A DNA stretch of 64,000 nucleotides from Octopus vulgaris (taxonomy: Eukaryota), in contig OX597815.1 of the NCBI GenBank assembly GCA_951406725.2, forward strand, positions 93,806,001 through 93,870,000, read 5' to 3'. Position 1 is the first letter of the stretch; the number at the start of each line of letters is the position of its first letter. The notes beneath the pieces are model-generated. The model was not told where the DNA came from. It made no database searches and saw only the letters and a program-made list of their open reading frames with translations. The position numbers and the translations under genes were made by a program. Positions 1 through 11,637 of the stretch are shown piece after piece.

Positions 1-464
1 TTGGCCCTCCCGTGTAACTGCTGAAGTGGAAAAGAGCTATACCAGCACTCAGCAGATATTCATTTTAGCTGACTTCACTGGAACAATGTGAAATGAAGTG
101 CTTTGTTCAAGGACATAATGTGTCCATTCCACGAATTGAACTCACAACATTGCCCAAACATATGTACTAAAGAGACTTTTAAATCGCCCTGTAAGACACA
201 GCAGCTGTAAGTTGAGGTGATTAACCATAGTGATTACAGTCATAAGTTCAGATCTTACTCCTACTGTCATTGTGTTGTGTCTTTTTAAAAGGTACATAAT
301 TCTTGCTCCATTTTAGATTAAATCAACAAGTGCAGACAGTATTGCCATCTTAACAGTTGAATGTTCATTAGTGATAGGAAGGGCACTCAGTTACATTAAA
401 AATGTATGCTTATTATATGCAAGACATAATTGAATTTCTACAAAATTTCTCTGTTATTTCTTAG

Positions 465-563
465 GAAGAAAATGGAGATTATACCTATATGGAACATGTA
501 AATGTACCAGTTACTAATGGTTGTCTTCTCACTATGGAAGGAGCTTTACAACATGATTGGCAG
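465..563 (+). CDS. ALKBH3: ALKBH3 (AlkB homolog 3, Fe(II)/2-oxoglutarate dioxygenase), penultimate coding exon
   Basis: Acceptor ...tttcttag ends at 464 and donor gtaaga starts at 564. The 99 nt translate to EENGDYTYMEHVNVPVTNGCLLTMEGALQHDWQ, closely matching the ALKBH3 segment I recall (EENGDYTYVERVKIPLDHGTLLIMEGATQADWQ). Confidence 0.93.
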
Positions 564-1044
564 GTAAGAATTAACCACTGAAATGTTCTAAACATTTAAC
601 CATAATATTAGCAATTTACTCTTTGGTCAAAACAGTAGAAGTTAGCTTTTTGTAAGTACAATCTATCAGCTGTTTTCAATCCTAGTTGTAATCATTTTAT
701 ATCATTTGAATCACTAACATATTTGAGAAAAGCATGAATATTAGAACATCTTAAAAGCAGAGGCATGACCAATGGGTTAAGAAGTTGGCCAGGCTTGATC
801 CCATGGCTGCAGTAATCTTGAGCAAATGTTTCCGACCATTGCCTCTAAATGAACCAATCTTTGTGAGTGAAATTGTGTAAATAGAAACTGTGTCAACATA
901 TCAGATTGATTGTAACTGTTATTGAATGATAAATTCTATCACCTAGATCATGGGTACCTTTATCAATGTCCAGCCTGTTAGAATCATTTGGACCAGGTCT
1001 CCAGTTTGAGGATAACTTCCTTCAATCCACCAATTTAGAAAGTC

Positions 1045-2350
1045 ATAGTAAGTAGGAAGGCTGACAAATCACAAATCCCTTCAGGTAGATGGCCCTACTC
1101 AATCTATAGAAAGGCGTAGGTAGAAACTCTATAAGATGCACCCAATGTAAGCTTTGGACACATAAAAGGTGCCGCAACATCAGAGGAAGATTAACAGAGA
1201 AACTAACTTTTGTATGTGGTAGGTGCACAGGTACAATAAACGCTGAAAATGCACAGAAAATAGACTCCATCAACTACCAGGGAAGCAAGTAGATAGCTTC
1301 TGTTATCTAGGTGACCAAGTTAATAGTGGAGGTGGATGCTCTGAGTGTGTATCTGTGAGAATAAGATTAGGCTGGGCAAAGTTCAGAGAGCTCCTACTCC
1401 TGGTGGCAACAAAGGTCCTCTCTCTCAGAGTGAAAGACAGATTGTTTGATGCCTGTGTGCAAATAGCTATGCTACATGGCAGTGAAACATGGGCTATGAC
1501 AGCCGAGGACATGCGTAAGCTTAAAAGAAATGAAGCCAGTATGCTTCGCTGGATGTGCAATGTCAGTGTGCATCTTTGACAGAGTGTAAGCATCTTGAGA
1601 GAAAAGTTAGGTATAAGGAGAATCAGATGTGGTGTGCAAGAGAGATGACTGCACTGGTATGATCATGTGATGCATATGGACAAGAACAGCTGTGTAAAGA
1701 AGTGACACTCTCTAACAGGAAGACATGAGATGAGATGGTGAAGCATGAACTTCGAACTTTGAGCCTCACAAAGGCAATAACTGGTAACCGAGAACTTTGA
1801 CAATGTGCTGTGTTTGAGAGGACCCGTAAAGCCAAGTGCACCCATGCTGGTGGTATGTAAAGAACATCTTTTGAACATTGGATCTCACAGAGGCAAAGTG
1901 GCTGAGTTCCTCTTGAGCATTGGGCTTAACAGAGACAAAGTGGCTGAGCTCCTTTTGAGCATTGGGCCTCACGGAGGCAAAGTGGCTGTGTTCCTTTTGA
2001 GTGTTGGGCCTCACAGAGGCAATGACCAAGACCTTTGGCATTATGTCATGTTTGAGAAGACGACCTATCAAGCCAAGCAAAATCGTAGTTATGGCAGATA
2101 CCAGTGTCATGCAAATTGGCACCCGTGCCGGTGTCACATAAACGCACCCTGGTGTCACACAAATGGCACCCATACTGGTGGCACGTAAAAGCACTCCATT
2201 ACACTCCTAGAGTGGATGGCATTAGGAAGGGCATCCAGCCATAGAAAACCATGTCAAATCAGACTGGAGTCTGGTGCAGCCTTCCAGCATGCCAGCCCGG
2301 TCAACCATCCAACCCATGCCAGCATGGACAATGGATGTTAAATGATGGTG
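1045..2350 (+). mobile_element. 5'-truncated RTE-clade LINE in the ALKBH3 last intron, with ~42-bp tandem expansion (~1870-2030) and SINE-like 3' tail
   Basis: Broken ORF RIRLGWAKFRELL...MLHGSETW...MLRWMC (RTE C-terminal region). 3' region carries GGAAGGGCATCCAGC and CCATGCCAGCATGG...GATG tail. Confidence 0.85.
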
Positions 2351-2556
2351 GTGGCAGTGGTGTTGGTGTAAAGATCCATGAGCAATATCTGTTCTTTTCT
2401 GACTAAGCTATTAAAAATGTATATATAGAACATGCAGGACTTTTGCGACTCCACAAGATGTACTCAACTAGTTTGGGTAACATCCTAAACCAAACTGACT
2501 TATGTTTTAAATATTCATTGTTGTTCTTACTATGTATTCTCATTGTTCTTTTTCAG

Positions 2557-2631
2557 CATCGAGTTCCAAAAGAGTACCATGAGCGTGGAGCCAGGATTAA
2601 CCTTACTTTCAGACTGACTATTCCAGGATAA
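2557..2631 (+). CDS. ALKBH3: ALKBH3 last coding exon
   Basis: Polypyrimidine acceptor ttgttctttttcag ends at 2556. Reads HRVPKEYHERGARINLTFRLTIPG*, with the distal Fe-ligand His and the AlkB RxNLTFR motif. Joins the previous exon in phase 0. Confidence 0.93.
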   Translation, partial: HRVPKEYHERGARINLTFRLTIPG

Positions 2632-2937
2632 AATATGCTGTGATATTTTCTCTAGCTTCAAGATTTTTCTGAGAAACAAAAATTTGGTCAACATGTTAAA
2701 ACTGAGGTGCCAACAAAGAGAACTAGGCTCATATCCAACAAGCTCCTCACATTTTTATTCTCTCCTTATTTAAAATGTAAACATGTCTTTTATTGTATAT
2801 ACTTTGGCAAAATTATCATGCTGGATTTTGTTGAGATTTATTAATATTAATCTCAAATCAAAAATGTGCTTATCTTTTCATCTGTTATCTACCCGTAACC
2901 TTAACCTTCTTTGCAAAATATTTTGATTAGCTGAATT

Positions 2938-2943
2938 AATAAA
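2938..2943 (+). promoter_or_regulatory. Candidate polyadenylation signal of ALKBH3 (alternative AATAAA at 3201-3206)
   Basis: AATAAA hexamers downstream of the stop codon. The hexamer is common in AT-rich DNA, so this is weak evidence. Confidence 0.35.
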
Positions 2944-3399
2944 ATATGTCAAGATGAGATAAACTGAATAGTATTGTTATTCAGCTCCAAGTCAGCTCTG
3001 ATTGTGCAAACCTGCATATAATCAAAGGTGTTCCAGCTTTATCCCATCTTTTTGTACATTCAGAGATACATTCTCCAATGTGCATCCTTTTGTATTGAAG
3101 ATACTAATTTATAATTTGGCAAGTTAAGTGATCTTGTTGGCTTGCATTATCAAAATAGCATTTCTTTGACTTGGTTACATTTTTTTATATAATTCAGTTA
3201 AATAAAGACCCAGACTAAATGCATTACTGTATTTTTTTTTTTGCCCTTTGTTTATTTGCTGGGATAACCCAGCACTTTCTTGTCTTCTGGGTTATAATAT
3301 TCAGATTAATTTGTTGATGTCATTTCAGTGTATGTGCTGTTACACTGAATTCTTAAGATAACAAAGCAACACATTTAAAGTCCTTTGTGTTCTGTCTGA

Positions 3400-4245
3400 G
3401 TTGTTCTTTAAGGTAAAAGGTTTTCAGGTGTTTAAGACCACCATATCATTAATTCATAGCTTTCTGATGTAGAATGCCTTAATTTTCTTAAATGTATGTG
3501 AGATTGTGTTGACTTGGGATATGCAGTCAAGATCATCTAAGTGTAAATGATGGCTACTGCTTAACCACTCTCATCAGTAATGGCAATCATCTAAGCAAAG
3601 AACTTTGAAAACTTAGTTCTAATATGTACTGAAACTCGAGAATTTAATAAAAATATGTGTTTAACACCTTTTCTCTCTGATAGAATTATGAGGAGGATAT
3701 CCAAGTTCTTATTGATCACATTACGTACATCAATAAAATTTATCCTGTAAAAGGAAAGCATCGACCAACTGCCACTCATTAATATGCTGGCAACAAGAAC
3801 AGAAACGGTGTTTAGAAGATTAGTGTATTGAAAATCAGCTTCCACTAAACTACATAAATTATGAGTCGCGTTCATTGTTACAGATATTGCCAAATGCCAA
3901 CAACATTATATAAAGGAAATAGATCAATTGAAAATGCATTCTTGAATAACAAATACCCAGCCTATTGTATTAGATCTATAATTAATTGCAAGCAGAAAGC
4001 AGAGACCAAAACAAAGAATTACTGTAAGGAATTAACTGTGAAAATTCAGACAAACTAACATATATTACATCAGAATTGTGTTCAAAAGTAAAATCACATT
4101 TCACAGATTTCTCTCCAAAATTAAACTAACTCAGGGATGGCTAAAACATAAGAACTACATCTATAACAGTCAATGTGTTTGCAAAAGGTCATGTAAAGGA
4201 GAAGCTGAGAAGCTTTACAAAGTCAGAACAGAACATCAGAGTCTT
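3400..4245 (+). mobile_element. Highly degenerate Penelope-like element (RT C-terminus plus GIY-YIG endonuclease remnant)
   Basis: Peptides AFLNNKYP (cf. NGYP motif) and NYIYNSQCVCKRSCKGEAEKLYKVRTEH (cf. PLE GIY-YIG pattern NxIYxxxCxCxxxYIGETxRxxxxRxxEH). Many stops. Confidence 0.5.
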
Positions 4246-5550
4246 ATTATCATCATCAACATCATTTAATGTCCAAGTTCCATGCTAGCACAGGGTGAAC
4301 AGTTTGACAGGATCTGATTGGTCCAAGAATTGCATCATGCTCCAGTGTCTGCTTTTGCATGAATTCTATGATTGGATACCCTTCCTATTACAACATTTAC
4401 TAAGTGCTTTTTCTTCATAGCACTAGCTCTAGTGAGGTCACCATACAATTCACAAGACTACAAAACTTGAGACATGGGGTGGGCAGCTTTATGCTAGGAG
4501 ATAAGGAGAGAGCGAAAATGCTTAGTTTAAGCTGAAAAGAGATAAATTTTAAAAATGAGTAGAAAATGTTAAAGTCAGAACCCAGTATGAAAAGGAAGTT
4601 ATATACTACTATGGAATGCAATTTCCATAATTGATAGAAACCATCTTCATCATTTAACGTCTGTTTCCATGCTGGCATGGGTTGGATGGTTTGACTGGAA
4701 CTTGCAAGCCACAGAGCTACACCAGGTTCTAATTATCAGTTTTGGCATGGTTTCTACTGCTGGATGCCCTTCCTAACACTAACCACTTTAGAAAGTGTAC
4801 TGAGTACTTTTTATGTGACACCAGCACTGATGCTCTTTATGCGGCATCCACACAGGTGCTTTTTACATGGCACAAGCACCAGTGGGATCACCAAGTAGTT
4901 TGCAAGACAAAGACCTCTTAGTTGAGAGAAGGCATGGATTCAAAGGAAGTGGCTGTGAGCCAGGTGAGAGGCTAGAGTATAATAGACAGATAGAGATAGT
5001 TGTCTTACAATAGAGGAAATACTTGGGTACCCCAATAGGAGAAGGAAGGTGAAAAACCCATGGTAGAAACTTAGAAATATCAAAGAAGCAGTACATATAG
5101 ACATACTGAAAACCAAATCAGTAAGTTTAATTCTGATATCAGCTTAATATTGCCACTTACTCACGCCCTTAAAACTGCTGGCCTTGTGCCAAAATTTGAA
5201 ACCATTATTATTAGTAGTAGTTTAGAGATAAATGTTATTTGAATCAATCCAATATCATACAGATATTCAGGAAAAAAATAATGATCATAGAGCAAACTCA
5301 CCTACAACCTAATGCAGATGTTAAAAAATATTTCATCTCTATAAAGTTAATAATTTGAGAAATTAAATCATATGAAGAATAATTATCTCAAACATTTAAA
5401 CATTTAAGGCAACTACCAGAGACATGTAGAAATTATATTAAAAAACGGGGGCCTAAAAGACCCAAATTCCATACACAGACAAAACAAACAGTGCCTTGTT
5501 CCCAACTACTTCATTCCTACCTCTGCTACAAAACACAGCGTACAGTACTT

Positions 5551-7075
5551 GAATGAATGAATGAAATTATTGTGTACAGTGCTCAGGTGCACCACAACTT
5601 GTCAGAAAGTGCATATAAAGTATATGCAGTAATGTACAAATGTCTGGAAAGCGAACAATGTATGAGTCATATACATGCTTGTGTGTGTATGGAGGGGAGA
5701 AAATCAGGTGTAGTGTTGGCGAATCTCAGAAAGCATGGAAGTTTGGAAGGATGCAGTGCTCCGACAACTAACAACTGATGCCAGCAGTTTGTTCCATGCT
5801 TCAGCAACTCTTAGCATGAAAAAATGTTTCCTGAAGTCATGGGAGCTGTGCTGTTTTCTGACTTTGTAAATATGTCCACGGGTGTTAGACGGGTGGAGTT
5901 TGAAAAGGTGCTCAGAGTTATAGTTTGTAAGATGGTTAATAATTTTATGGGTGTCTGCCAAGTCAGCTGCCAGGGAAGTAAGGTGTTCATGCCCAGGGAA
6001 GTAAGGCGTTCAGAATATGGCAAATGCCTGATGGAGGGTATTCTTTTGGTTGCACTTCGCTGAACGGCTTCCAGATGATTAATATCCTGGGCAAGATAGG
6101 GGTTCCAGACCCGTGATGTAAATTCCAGATGAGGTCTTACCATAGCTATATAAAGCCGCAGATAGATAGCTGGAGAGCGGCTCACAAAGGACTTGGTGAG
6201 AGATGCCAAGACACCCTCAGCCTTCTTGGCAATTTTAGCGATGTGTTTTGTCCAACGCAAATCGCTGTTGACAATAACACCCAGGTCACGTTCACATGAA
6301 GACTTTTTGAGATTAGTGTTGTGGAGGGAGTAAGTGGACACTGGGTTTCTCCTCCCAAAATTCATGGTGGTACATTTGTCCACAGCCAGCTTGAGTTGCC
6401 AGTCCATGATCCACTGCTGCATTGTGTCCAGGTCTGCTTGCAATAGAGATCTATAGTGTACAGGATCTGACCTCTTTATTTCGAGGTACAGCTTGATGTC
6501 ATCTGCATATTTCAGCACTGTGGCATTCTTTAAGTTGGCATCTATGTCATTAACATATGCAACAAATAAAAGGGGGCCACGAACAGATCCCTGTGGTACA
6601 CCAGATGTCATCTCATAGGGTGAAGAGTGCTGTCCTAGAACTGTGACAACCTCTTTTTGGCCAAAAATAAAGGACTTTAACCAGTTATAGAGTTCGTCAC
6701 TTACGCCCAATGCAGAGAGTTTCACCATAAGTCTTTTGTGTGGCACAGAGTTAAAGGCCTTAGCAAAGTCCAGGTAAACAACATCCACCCAGGATCCGCG
6801 ATCAGTGATTTGGGTAATGTCCTCAAGAAACTCGATGAGTTGATTACAGCAGCTGGAGTTAGGAATAAATCCAAATTGTGTTGGCTGGATGAGGCAGTGA
6901 GACTTTCAGAAGTTCCAGAGGGTTTCCCTGACACAGGATTCCATCAGTTTGGCGATGCAGCTAGTAAGACTAACGGGGCGATAGTTGACAGATGATGTGC
7001 GGTTACCTTTTTTTGAACAGAGAGATAACACTGGCAGTTTTCCACTGCTCTGGAGTAACACCATTGTCAAGACAG
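5551..7075 (-). mobile_element. 5'-truncated CR1-clade LINE (ORF2 RT fragment, 3' UTR, (ATTC)n tail)
   Basis: ORF 5811-6788 has VYLDFAKAF, GVPQGS-GPLLF, YADD and RDLGV motifs. Upstream NYRPVSLTS; C-terminal TRGH...FF..RV...WNKL in a shifted frame. GAATGAATGAATG on + at the 3' end. Confidence 0.9.
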
Positions 7076-8134
7076 ACAATTATTTAAAGGTAATCACCCA
7101 AGTTGGACAGTTTTACCCAGCAACACAACCCTTACATTGCTACATAATTATCAATCATTAAATAAAAAAAAAAAGGAAATTATTTCCAGTTCATTTTTGA
7201 AATGAAAATTTTATGCATGGAATTCTGTGAGTAGGAATAGCTGATATTTTGATGTTAGGCAAACACAATTTCTCAGTGTTCTGTAACCTCAATATATATT
7301 GTGTATAATCTTAACAAGTTAACAGCACTTGAGTGAAGCTCCAGAATAACATAAAAGCTGAATGATTTCTGTTTTTTCATTCAGTGCCATTACAGAATAA
7401 GAAGGGAGAGAGAGAGTGTGTGTGTGTGTGTGTTTGCTTCTAATAATAATTTTTAGATACATTTTATATCATGTGAGTACATGAAATAGAAACACTATGC
7501 CTTATATATGTGTATGTGGGTATCAGTGTTTATGTTTGTTTACATGCATACATACGCACAACTCACTCAACTTTTATTATTCTTATAGATGTTTATACAT
7601 GTATATACATTTTATGTCAGCTTTCCATGCTGCCATGGATTGGATGTGCCTTCATAATGCTAGACAATTATTATTCAGAGTAAATATCTTCTTAAATGGG
7701 TTGAGTGGGGAGGGGACTTTTCACTCATGCTCTTATTTTTGGCATGCTTTCTATAGTTGTATATTTTTCCATCCCTTTAGAGAAAGTACTGGCACATTTT
7801 ATCAAGGTAAAATTAACAGAGTTGTCATGCACTCAACAAGACTAAAGGGTCCTCTTGACCCTACATTTTCCTCTACTTGTTCACCAACTGCTTTACAGAA
7901 TATGCTGGATGCATTTTATCATGGCACTAATATTGGTGAGGTTGCCTTGTACCCCTCAAAAAGAAGTGGTCTTCAATATTCAATGTTGTCTCTTTTCATT
8001 TCAGGAATATGAAGGGATAAACAGAGGGAATAAATCTCTCACTTTTCTCCTTTTGATAAAATGCTTATTGACAAAGAAACTAAACAGCTTCATAATGACC
8101 AGTTATTTGCAATGCACTTTTTAAATTTTCTTAT

Positions 8135-8428
8135 TGTGGGATGACGTCAGCAGCTGGACGTCAGCAGCCGGGTGCGTTGACCGGAAGCTGGGGCAACCGG
8201 AAGGGGTCAGCCGTCAGGCGTGCGCAGGGAGCAGGGAATTGCGCCTTTTCCAACGTGGGTCGTGCAGGTGACAAGATGTGTGAGGACGTTGCTAAGGGTT
8301 TGGGCTAGCAGCTGCTATCGTTAGTGTTTGGGTCGGGGCTGTGTGGAAGGACTAGTCACCACTGGAGGGTCTCCGTCACTAAGAAGAGAAGGTAGGTGCC
8401 TCTATATTCAAATCGCGCACACACTACA
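8135..8428 (+). repeat. 5' LTR, family A copy 1
   Basis: TGTGGGATG...CACTACA; direct repeat of 11638-11931. Confidence 0.97.
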
Positions 8429-8440
8429 AGCTATTTCGGC
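8429..8440 (+). promoter_or_regulatory. Atypical primer-binding site complementary to nt 1-12 of tRNA-Phe(GAA)
   Basis: AGCTATTTCGGC directly abuts the LTR CA. Its reverse complement GCCGAAATAGCT is the 5' end of metazoan tRNA-Phe as I recall it. Identical in copy 2. Confidence 0.7.
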
Positions 8441-8472
8441 CGTTCTTAAACATTTACATTTTTTTCAACACG

Positions 8473-9237
8473 CTGTCTGCAAAAATTAGGATCGCCAGTG
8501 ACGTCATCAGACCTTTTAATGGCGAAGGCGATGTAGTGGCCTGGATTCGCAAAATCAGGCTGGTGGCAAGACTGCAGGGCATAAGCGACGTAGCGAGTCT
8601 TATGGCGCTGTATTTAGAAGGGAGCGCGTTAACGCTATACCTAGAGATGGATGAAGAAGAACGGCTCAGCGAGGAGAATATAGAGCGACGCTTGCGTGAT
8701 GCCTACATGGAATGCGAGTACACAGCTTTTGCTAAGCTAGGTGCAATCAGGTGGACGGGAGGCCAAGTGGATGACTTTGCATCAGAAGTTAGAAGGCTAG
8801 CGACTCTGGCCGGGTTTGCGGGAGAAGGGCTGGAGAGAGCAGCCCAGCTGGCGTTTGTCAATGGTTTCCCCGACGATGTAGGGATTCACCTACAACGACT
8901 GCCCGGGATTAAAAAGATGCCGCTGAGCGAACTTGTGGCTCAGGCTCGCGTGTTGACGAGACACTCTGGGCGAAAGGCGATAGCGATGGCAGTGACGGAG
9001 GCGCGTAAAGACGGACGACGTCCCGAGAAAGAGGTACAGAAGCTTACCGTGCAACGAGAGCGGCCGTTCTCAGGACGGTGTTTTAGATGCCAGGGACCGC
9101 ACATGGCGCAGGACTGTACGCAGCCAGGGCCCGTTTGCTATCGATGCAGGCAGACAGGGCACATTGCCCGTGATTGCGACCAGGGAAACGACCGCGGGGA
9201 AGTTGCTGCCTCTCGAACTTTCCCCACAAACGAGTAG
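8473..9237 (+). pseudogene. gag: gag of family A copy 1 (start ATG mutated to CTG)
   Basis: Open frame with two zinc knuckles, CFRCQGPHMAQDC and CYRCRQTGHIARDC. Copy 2 has ATG at the equivalent position. Confidence 0.9.
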
Positions 9238-9241
9238 AGGC
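9183..9241 (+). promoter_or_regulatory. -1 ribosomal frameshift signal (G GGA AAC plus predicted H-type pseudoknot)
   Basis: Slippery heptamer at 9183-9189 in gag phase, with pol in the -1 frame. Stem 1 GGGGAAGTT/AACTTTCCCC; loop GCCTCT can pair with downstream AGAGGC. Confidence 0.8.
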
Positions 9242-11624
9242 GCTATTGGAGACGCTGCCATTGATTGACGTGGAGGCCGAGGGGGAGACGTTCAAGGCCC
9301 TTGTGGATACGGGCTGTACGACCACCCTGGTGACTTCGAGGGTGACGAAGGAATGGAACGGGGTGAGTAGTGTCCGGGCGGTCGACGGCAGCGAAATCCG
9401 TTGCAGGGGCAGCAGCAAGGTAGAGATAGTGGTGCGCGGCGCGACGCTAAGGCTGCAGGCAATTGTGGCCGAACGCGTGATAGATGGAGTTGATGTGGTG
9501 ATGGGGATGGACGCCATCAACTGCCTCGGTGGCGTCAGTGTTGTGGGAAATGAGGTCACGTTCGGAAGCGTGGGGGCGTCGTGCACTGCGAGTCAGGATC
9601 GCCAGAGAGAGCAGAGCCCCGCGAGGGACTGTGCCGCTTACACCATCGAGGACAAAGACTTTCAGGCGGCGTTCGATGGTCAGCGGTGGACGATAGAGTG
9701 ACGATGGAAGGACGAGCCCCCGACACTGGAGAACAGGGTGAGCTGTTACCAGCATACCCTGAAAGGCCACGCCAGGGTCGAGTTTGAAGACGAGGTGGAT
9801 CAAGGAAGGGGTCCTTGTCCCTTGGAAGGAGGAGGTAGCGGGCGGAGTGCTACCCCTGATGGCGGTGGTGCAGCTTACAAAGGGAAAAGTCAGACCGGTG
9901 CTGGACTTCAGGGAGCTAAACCAGCACATATCATGTCACACGGGAGGTGAGGCAACAGACGTTTGTGGTGAGGCATTACGTAAGTGGAGACAGTCGACTG
10001 AGGCAGTGACGATTGTCGACTTGAGATCGGCATACTTGCAGCTCCATGTGAGCGACAAACTGTGGCGATATCAGCTGGTGCGGTACAAGGGCCGGACGTA
10101 CTGTCTAACCAGGCTGGGTTTCGGGTTGAATTCCGCTCCGAAGATCATGGCGGCAGTGCTTAGGTCCGTCCTAGGGAAAGACGGCAAGATTAGAAAGGCC
10201 ACCAGCTCCTACATTGACGACATTTTGGTGGACGAAACTGTAGTGCCAGCCGACGAGGTAGTTAGACATCTGGAGAAGTTCGGACTGATTGCTAAGCCAC
10301 CGGAGTCGATTGAAGGGGGAGCCGTGCTGGGGCTGAAGCTGCAAAGAGATGGATCAAGTGAATTGGTGTTCCGGAGAGGAAATGAAAACCCAGAGCTGAG
10401 TTCTAGCGTCAGCAGGAGAGAGCTGTTCTCGGTGTGTGGAAAGTTGGTCGATCACTACCCGATCGCTGGATGGCTGCGCACGGAGATGTTAGTGAAGCGC
10501 CGTCTAGGAGTTCTAGGTAAATTGATCGCCGAGTTCGGACTGAAGCTGAACGTGGTTTTCGTACCTTCGGAGAAAAACAGGGCGGACGTACTGACCAGGG
10601 TGAAAAGAGCGTGGTTGGAAGAACCGGAGGAGGCCCGGAAAGGGATAGCTGCGGCGTGTCGGTTGGATGACTCTGAACTGAAGAAACTGCATGCTATGCA
10701 TCACCTGGGTGTGGACAGGACCCTGTATCTGGCGAAAAAAATTGATGCTGACGTCACTAGGAGAAGCGTCCAGAAGGTGGTCGGGAGCTGCTCCAGTGTC
10801 AGTCCATCGACCCTGCTCCGTGTGGGCATGAACAGGGAAGCCTTTCCGTGGAGCAGAACTGGAAAAGGCTAGCTGTGGATGTGACACACTACCGTCAGCG
10901 AATGTACCTCTCCATAGTCGACTGCGGGCCGGGCCGGCTGGCCATTTGGAGGGAGTTGAGATCGGGCATTGCTGACGAGATCACGCAGATCCTGAACGGG
11001 ATATTTTTAGAGAGAGGTTCCGTGGAAGAACTACTGATAGACAACGGGGCGGCGTTTCGTTCGGAAGCATCGAGGGTTATGCTTGATCGGTGGAATGTGC
11101 GACGCTTGTTCAGAGCAGCGTATAGGCTGAGCGGTTACGGGATCGTGGAGAGGCACCATCGGACAGTCAAGGCCATAGCGGAAAGAGGGCACATTTCGTC
11201 GCTTGAAGCAGTTTTTTGGTACAACTTGTCTCCCCGATCCGGACAGGCTGAGGAATCTGTGCCGCAGAGAGCTGTGTTCAAATATGAATGGAGCCACCCG
11301 AGCAAAGCGCCGGAGGGTCACGAGGAAGAGAAGGGACCCGTTCGCGTGAAAATAGGGGAGGAAGTCTGGGTCAAGCCACCAAAGGCGCGCTGTACGTCTC
11401 AATGGAGCAGAGGAACGGTGACGGCGATCAATTCCAGAAGTAACATATCCGTAGATGGAACACCACGACACGTCTTGGACCATTGCAGGATTGTTGCTTC
11501 GACGGACGATGATTCTGGAGAGGGGGAGAACGAGGAGCCCAGCTTGAGAAGATCTCGACGAGCAAGGCGCTCTCCCGGTTGGATGGTGGACTACAACATG
11601 GAGCGGAGAGATTGTGAACTTTAA
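9183..11624 (+). pseudogene. pol: pol (protease-RT-integrase) of family A copy 1, disrupted
   Basis: Protease ALVDTGC; RT DLRSAYLQ, FGLNSAP, YIDD; integrase HHCC and D,D,E core. Stop at 9699-9701. Deletions of 8, 1 and ~420 bp relative to copy 2. Confidence 0.93.
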
Positions 11625-11637
11625 GATCAGGGTGGCG

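Noticed and set aside
7497-8012. 171-aa ORF upstream of the Gypsy element
   Set aside because: Composed of low-complexity sequence and decayed SINE-tail sequence, with no splice or homology support.
8135-8428. Tf1/sushi-type self-priming as the explanation for the odd PBS
   Set aside because: No GCCGAAATAGCT-like sequence was found in the LTR by eye.
9083-9929. Antisense ORFs over Gypsy gag/pol (also 10513-11483, 53468-55643)
   Set aside because: Expected shadow ORFs of GC-rich coding sequence.
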